From the NCBI GenBank assembly GCA_001771135.1, contig MESW01000002.1, positions 5,315-69,314 on the forward strand: 64,000 nt of DNA, written 5' to 3'. This document shows, piece after piece, positions 58,868 to 64,000 of the stretch (its first letter is position 1; the number at the start of each line of letters is the position of its first letter). The notes beneath the pieces were generated by a model. The model had not been told where the DNA came from. It made no database searches and saw only the letters and a list, made by a program, of their open reading frames with translations. The translations under genes were made by a program, and so were the position numbers. This stretch comes from a candidate division CPR3 bacterium GWF2_35_18 (GTDB lineage Bacteria; Patescibacteriota; CPR3; GWF2-35-18).

Positions 58868-59919
58868 AAATCTTGATGCTCGTAAATTGGAAAATAAACT
58901 ACTTAGATTCTGAGGATGAACTTATCCAGTCTCCAGACAAAGTAGTGAAAGGGGAACCATACTGGTTTTTTAAATACTTCAAAGAAAAACATGAAGTGGA
59001 TGTCGTGGGAATAAAAACTACTCCCGACTGGATTTATGATTTTGAGAAAAACAAGCTTCATTTTTATCTTCGTCAACCTTTTTCGATGTGGGGAAAAAGC
59101 GAAAAATACGATTTAATTATTTCGCATGGATCACAGTCAAGTCTCTTTCTGTCAATATTAAGAAGAATAAAGAGTAATAAAAATACTCGACATTTACTTA
59201 TCGATGTAGGTTGTATGAATGGAGGAAGAGAAAGTGGTTTAAGTTTAAAACTAGTCAAACTTGCAGGTCATAAACTGGATGGAATTATCTATCATGCTTC
59301 TATTCAAAAAGGATATTACGAAAGATATTTATCTTGGTTAAAGGAGAAATCTTTTTTCATCCCGTTTGGAACGGAAACAGGGTATTATTTTCCTAACTCA
59401 AAAATTAAAGAAGAACCTTTTGTTCTCGCTTATGGAGCTATAAAAAGAGATTATGAGACCTTAATAAAAGCGGCAAAAAGTTTACCACAGATTCAATTTA
59501 AAATTATAGGACTAATTGATTTACCTTTTGAAGTACCGCCCAATGTGGAGTTGATACCTTTTATGGCGGTTGATAAACTGCGTGATTATATTTGGCGTTC
59601 CAGACTGGTAGTGATTCCTTTGCCGGTATTTAATTACGCCTATGGGCAAATGACACTTTTGCAGTCGATGGCCTGTAAAAAGGCGGTTGTGGTGACAAAA
59701 ACACCGAGTACGATTGATTATATTGAAGATAATAAAACCGGGATTTTTGTGAAACCTTATGATGTATCTGATATGAAAGAAAAGATTGAAAGGGTTTGGA
59801 ACGATGAAAAGTTAAGGAAGATGTTAGCGTTGAGTGGAAGTGAATCAGTAAAAGCTCAATTTAATGAAGAATTGATGGGATTGAAAGTAGAAGAGGTGAT
59901 AGAAAAGATTATGAAATAG
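58864..59919 (+). CDS. GT4 glycosyltransferase
   Basis: KRDY.TL..AA; GQ.TLLQSMA.KK.VV.T....DYIED.KTG..V.P.D. Confidence 0.88.
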   Translation: MKILMLVNWKINYLDSEDELIQSPDKVVKGEPYWFFKYFKEKHEVDVVGIKTTPDWIYDFEKNKLHFYLRQPFSMWGKSEKYDLIISHGSQSSLFLSILRRIKSNKNTRHLLIDVGCMNGGRESGLSLKLVKLAGHKLDGIIYHASIQKGYYERYLSWLKEKSFFIPFGTETGYYFPNSKIKEEPFVLAYGAIKRDYETLIKAAKSLPQIQFKIIGLIDLPFEVPPNVELIPFMAVDKLRDYIWRSRLVVIPLPVFNYAYGQMTLLQSMACKKAVVVTKTPSTIDYIEDNKTGIFVKPYDVSDMKEKIERVWNDEKLRKMLALSGSESVKAQFNEELMGLKVEEVIEKIMK

Positions 59920-59944
59920 AGAACTAGATAATAAGTAGATAACA

Positions 59945-59984
59945 AAAAAGCCCCTGGTTTTGATATCAAAACCAGGGGCTTTTT
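59945..59984. terminator. Bidirectional intrinsic terminator closing cassette B
   Basis: AAAAAGCCCCTGGTTTTGA-ta-TCAAAACCAGGGGCTTTTT. Confidence 0.9.
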
Positions 59985-59993
59985 CTATTTATA

Positions 59994-60115
59994 TTCCTTA
60001 TTCGGCTTGAACTTCCCAAGCCAGCGGTTCAATTACTTGAACGACTTTGTTTAGATGAGTCTAAACAATCTTCAGGTGCTACTTTGCCCCGCCAAAGGCG
60101 GGGGCACATAAGGAA
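59994..60115 (-). ncRNA. Variant type III hammerhead-like RNA
   Basis: Minus strand: TTCCTTA-T, GTGC...TAGCAC, CTGAAGA, two inserted hairpins, GGCTTG-ggaagtt-CAAGCC, GAA, TAAGGAA. Confidence 0.65.
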
Positions 60116-60373
60116 AGGTAGGGAGAGGAGATAGAGTTTGTGAGGTTGGTGTGTGAAGATGTGAAGAAAAGACCAAGATTTGGTCTCACAAATTGTTCTA
60201 TCTCTCTCCCTAGCGGGTTCTTTAATCGCCAAAAGGCGACTTTCGGTGCCCACGGGGTTTATTCCGTGTTACATTGTTCGGGTTTAGACCCGTGGGCACT
60301 TTTTAGCGGGGAACCAAGTCATGCGGTTCAAGGCATGTCTTTTTTAACACTATGCCCGCTTTCGAGCGACTTT

Positions 60374-61687
60374 TTATGGCGCGAGATTAACGTGCCAGCG
60401 CTCGATGATATTTCCGACTTTGATCTCTACCGTCCAGGGGGCGGTGCTTGAGCAACCGGCATCAAAGATGCCGTTGCCATCATCGTCGGTTGCCGTAAGG
60501 CTTTCATCATTGCAAGTGATTTGCATATCGGCGTTATCCACGCTGATTGACAGAAATTCGACATTCAGCGCGAACAAGCCAAAGAGGAAGTCTTCCTGTT
60601 CTGGATTGCTCCAGCCCTGACCGGTGGTGAGAGTGATCGTCCCGCGATCGATGACCGTGGGAGGAGTGTAGTCTTTGTATGCCAGGGGGATAAATATCTG
60701 GTACGTTGTGGGCGCTGGTGAGATGACCGTGACGGTCATGGTGTCACTGACAACATTTCCTGCGACGTTGGTGGCAGCAACCTCAATAACTTTTTCACCC
60801 GGAGTTTCCCAGACGAGGGCTTGTTGTACGCCTAACGACAGTCCGTAAAACTCAATCTCTCCGAGGTCAGTGGCCGTGAAGTGGTAGGTGACGTTGTTAG
60901 TTGCGGTGACGTTCGTCATCGCTGTTAACGTGATTTCTTCACCAATATATCCATTGAGAGGGCCTGCAATTTGCACCCATGTGACGGGCACTATCTGGTC
61001 TGAAATGATTATTTGATTGTAATCCTGGAGACGATACTCAGCCCAAGCAATCATTCCGACGATTTCGGTTTGGCCAGTTTCAGTGAGCACCATAGTGTCT
61101 GTCAGAGTGAAAACTTCATTCGGGATCAGAATTCGATCTCCGCATTGTCCCCACGGAGCCCGTAAGGATACTGTTGCCGTCATGTTGCCGATGTTAGTGA
61201 TGCTGAACTCAACATCGAAGGGTTGATTCACCTGGACTTCTGCAGGGGAATTCACGTACACAGTGAAGAAGGCGTCGTTGCGAACGATTTTAGCCGGAGT
61301 TTCGTTAGTGACGGTGAATGTCCATGTTTCGGTGATGATTCCGTCAGTAATGATGTAGAGATCGTTGATAGGACTCAAGAAAGCCTGGTCGTTATCCATG
61401 CTGAGTGTCCAGGTATAGCCATCAGAGCGGGTTACGATTCCTTCACCATAGGCGTGGATTCCGTCTTGATTGTCCGCATAGAGATGGTTAATTGGGCTGC
61501 CGGCTTCAAAACCTTCGTTTAAAAGATCCATCTCAGGGTTCAGGATGGCTTCTACGGTGATAGTATTTACAGTTTGTGCAGCAGTCGCATTCTGCGTATC
61601 GGCAAAGCTCAATAGAGCAATGACAGCTACGAGCGCGATAAGGATAGAAATTGCCGGGGTTAAGCGGCGGATAGCATAAGCGTTCAC
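60374..61687 (-). CDS. GC-rich exported/surface protein (Ig/PKD-like domains, IFIPLA motif, DxDGNG C-terminal domain)
   Basis: GAAGGAG RBS and GTG start; signal peptide; WETPGEK.I.V.ATN..G PKD pattern; DDDGNGIFD. Confidence 0.85.
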   Translation of the reverse strand: MNAYAIRRLTPAISILIALVAVIALLSFADTQNATAAQTVNTITVEAILNPEMDLLNEGFEAGSPINHLYADNQDGIHAYGEGIVTRSDGYTWTLSMDNDQAFLSPINDLYIITDGIITETWTFTVTNETPAKIVRNDAFFTVYVNSPAEVQVNQPFDVEFSITNIGNMTATVSLRAPWGQCGDRILIPNEVFTLTDTMVLTETGQTEIVGMIAWAEYRLQDYNQIIISDQIVPVTWVQIAGPLNGYIGEEITLTAMTNVTATNNVTYHFTATDLGEIEFYGLSLGVQQALVWETPGEKVIEVAATNVAGNVVSDTMTVTVISPAPTTYQIFIPLAYKDYTPPTVIDRGTITLTTGQGWSNPEQEDFLFGLFALNVEFLSISVDNADMQITCNDESLTATDDDGNGIFDAGCSSTAPWTVEIKVGNIIERWHVNLAP

Positions 61688-61998
61688 AGTTTTTCTCCTT
61701 CAGAAAAATTGTATCGGAATTTTTCCGCGAACCAATGGTTGGCGGATTGACTAATAGAGGAAAATAGTTGATTTTTAGCCTGAAGAGAAATAGTTCCTCT
61801 TACTTTACAAGGCTTTTTAGGTTGACTGCTTTTAAGCAGATTGATATTTGAACGCTTCGTGCAATACTCCACTAGGGCTTTCTTTGCGCTAGTGTTGCTC
61901 TTTGATTTAATTCCTAAATCCCAGGTTTCCAATCTGAGAGAGGATCAAAGAGGATTATTTCTTGCAGGAAGAAGTCTTGGGGACAAGGCATTTTCATA

Positions 61999-62088
61999 TG
62001 TCATCCTGAACGAATATTAAGGATCTAGAAACTATTAGTTTCGTAAGAATTCGCTTTGCTAGATTCTTCATTAACATTCAGAATGACA
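61999..62088. repeat. TGTCAT...ATGACA palindromic (REP-like) element, copy 3
   Basis: TGTCATCCTGAACGAATATTAAGGATCTAG...CTAGATTCTTCATTAACATTCAGAATGACA. Confidence 0.85.
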
Positions 62089-62230
62089 AAAGGGAAAACT
62101 ATTTATTCCCATGATTTCTCCCTGCAAGTATTTGTCTCAATCCTTTTTAAAGTACAAAATCTAAATGTCTTCTTCCGTTTCTTTATTTTCTTACTTTGTT
62201 TTTCTGTAGTTTCGATGGTTTTTAGCTAGA

Positions 62231-62430
62231 AGAAGGGGAGAGATTTTGTCTGGAGAGATTTTGATCTCTCCACTTCTTTTTAACCAAAAAACCGCCTCTG
62301 GATGGGAGACGGTCAGTGTACCAAAATACTACTTTAAAGCAGTATTTTAAGTCAATTGTCTCTCTCCAGACATATTCAGTTTGTTATTATGTATAATAGC
62401 ACAAATTAAGGGAAAAGTCAATACTATAGG
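62231..62430 (-). promoter_or_regulatory. Leader module B
   Basis: CCTATAGTATTGACT(62421-62416)-17-TGcTATTAT; TGTCTGGAGAGA 62372-62361; terminator ACCGTCTC/GAGGCGGT plus T-run; hairpin 62277-62231 with loop TCTCTCCAGACA. Confidence 0.75.
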
Positions 62431-62976
62431 ATTAAATATGTGTTTTCTTTAAATTTGGAGAAAGATTAAGAAAAGGGGAAGAGGAGAGGGAAGAGCGAAA
62501 GAAATAAAAGTGGAAACAAGGATAGTTTCAAAAGAGCCAAGGCTCTCCTTTCTATGCCGGACCGTGGTGGTCTTTTGGCTTTTGAAAGTAGCTCCTTGAG
62601 TCTACACTTTTTATCTTTCAGTCTTCCCGTCCACCAAATTGGTGAACTACCGTTTGTATATATTTTAGTTGGATACGGTGGTCCAACCTCCAGAGGGGGG
62701 AGGGAATGGCAAGCTGATCAGGCACACATGGATTTTGTCCACGTTCGCGCGACTGTCATTCTCCTCCCCACTTGGAGTCAAAAATTGTGAGGTGTTTGTG
62801 CCACCAGAATTATCTACAGTCTCCTCAGGCTGTAAAGTTCAAAAGTGACACGAATCCCTATTCGTCCAACAATTTCTTAGACGAATTCGTCTTTCTCTTT
62901 TATCTTCTTTTTCTACCGAGCGGTCCGAGCAGGGTAAATCAATCAGAGAGAAAGGTCTCCCAATCACCTCAAAGCT

Positions 62977-63390
62977 TTACGGCCTTGGCCCGATAGTGGG
63001 CAGAGCAGGTGTTTGGGTGGGGGTGGGGGTCGGTGCGCCAATCAGGGTGTTGCCTGCAGCAGCAACTGTAGCTTTAGCGTTTGTGACGCCATTTGCTGCT
63101 TGTGTTGCCGTCGCCTGAGCGTTGACCAGATTATTGGCCGCTTGTGTAGCAGCATTCTGCTTGTTCTGCAGATTCTGGATAGCGCTTGCCTGATTAGCTT
63201 CAGCGTCTTTGAGTGCGTCAACTGCACCATAAACGCCAGCCGAATCATCTGTCGCGGGGGTCGCGGTCTCTTTGACGGTTATTTCTACTGGAATCCAGTC
63301 CCATGTTTCTGTGGGAAGGTAGTAGTATAACGCCGTCACGAGGACGACTAACCCGAGCAATGCCAATGCATAAAGCCCAAGTTTCTTCAC
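62977..63390 (-). CDS. GC-rich membrane-anchored Ala/Gln/Asn coiled-coil protein with PT-repeat tail
   Basis: AAAGGAG RBS and GTG start; N-terminal TM; ATQAAN repeats; PTPTPT. Confidence 0.8.
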   Translation of the reverse strand: MKKLGLYALALLGLVVLVTALYYYLPTETWDWIPVEITVKETATPATDDSAGVYGAVDALKDAEANQASAIQNLQNKQNAATQAANNLVNAQATATQAANGVTNAKATVAAAGNTLIGAPTPTPTQTPALPTIGPRP

Positions 63391-63686
63391 GTTATTCTCC
63401 TTTCTCCATTGTGACGCCTTTAATGCGCGTCAGAATTTGAATTTACTTCCTCTCGGACCAGAGGAAGACGGGGGTTTTCCCCTTGATTTTCCGGTAAGGG
63501 AGAAAGGTTGTAAAAGCAACCCTTTTTCCTTACCAGAAAGAGAAAGGAGGAGGAATTTTTCCATCTTTTGATGGTAAATAATAAGGAACTTCTCCATAAA
63601 GTCGAAGTATAGTGTTGTTATTCTTCGAGCGAAGTCGAGAAGTACCATGATAATAGGTGCTAGATTGTTTTTCCTTTTCAGGCTTA

Positions 63687-63924
63687 AAGGAGAGGAGAAT
63701 CTGTGATTCGTTGGAGTGAATTTTAAACTCTCCTCACCTTGAGTCAAAAAAGGAATATTTTACTATTATAAATATGGGGAAAAGACTTTAAGACAAGCTT
63801 ATTATCTCTCTCCATATACAAAAAAAGCTCTCATTCGTCAGAGAGCTCCATCAAGCTTTTATATATATTTCTCCAACGAACAGGGCAGTATAGCATAAAA
63901 TGAAAGGAATGTCAATACTATAGG
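63687..63924 (-). promoter_or_regulatory. Leader module C
   Basis: CCTATAGTATTGACA(63915-63910)-17-TGcTATACT; TTCGTTGGAG 63880-63871; terminator AGCTCTC/GAGAGCT plus T-run; hairpin 63740-63687 with loop CTCCAACGAA. Confidence 0.75.
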
Positions 63925-64000
63925 GTAAATGATTATCCCACTCTTGTGGTGACAAAAGAATCAGTTAAAATTGACACTAAATTACGTCATCAAGGAATTC

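Noticed and set aside
62822-62828. CUGAGGA as a third hammerhead core
   Set aside because: It lies within a simple hairpin, with no stem II-GAAA or stem III
61684-63747. ORFs 61684..61932, 62554..62790, 62772..62996 and 63430..63747 as proteins
   Set aside because: No RBS or protein-like features; they lie across structured leader and trailer RNA
1-64000. CRISPR array, transposase, integrase, reverse transcriptase/DGR or prophage
   Set aside because: No regularly spaced direct repeats and no such protein motifs in any ORF

Overview
AT-rich bacterial chromosomal window read with the standard code (TGA is a stop). Gene content (sortase plus LPETG surface protein, membrane-anchored clan-A glycoside hydrolases, korAB, pyk, truB, rlmN, many small transporters) suggests a Patescibacteria/CPR, Microgenomates-like genome; this is inference only. 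Most of 1-53 kb is housekeeping and accessory genes: metal transport, redox proteins, glycan enzymes, an ATP-grasp/peptidase operon, an ECF sigma/anti-sigma pair and two carbonic-anhydrase-like genes. The most unusual part is 53-64 kb, where three visibly GC-rich exported-protein genes (54959+, 61687-, 63390-) sit in elaborate non-coding RNA cassettes. Each cassette begins with a conserved CCTATAGT-TTGAC-17-TGnTATACT promoter and a short leader carrying a (G/C)TGGAGA-type motif that can pair with its own terminator. A downstream hairpin displays the locus-specific complement of that motif in its loop, followed by a long structured 5' UTR, the gene and a structured trailer. Two cassettes end in a type III hammerhead ribozyme (one near-canonical, one variant) just before the final terminator. 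A GIY-YIG nuclease gene ends inside one of three TGTCAT...ATGACA palindromic repeats. No rRNA, tRNA, CRISPR array or transposase was recognised. All RNA structures were read by eye and need covariance-model and experimental checks.
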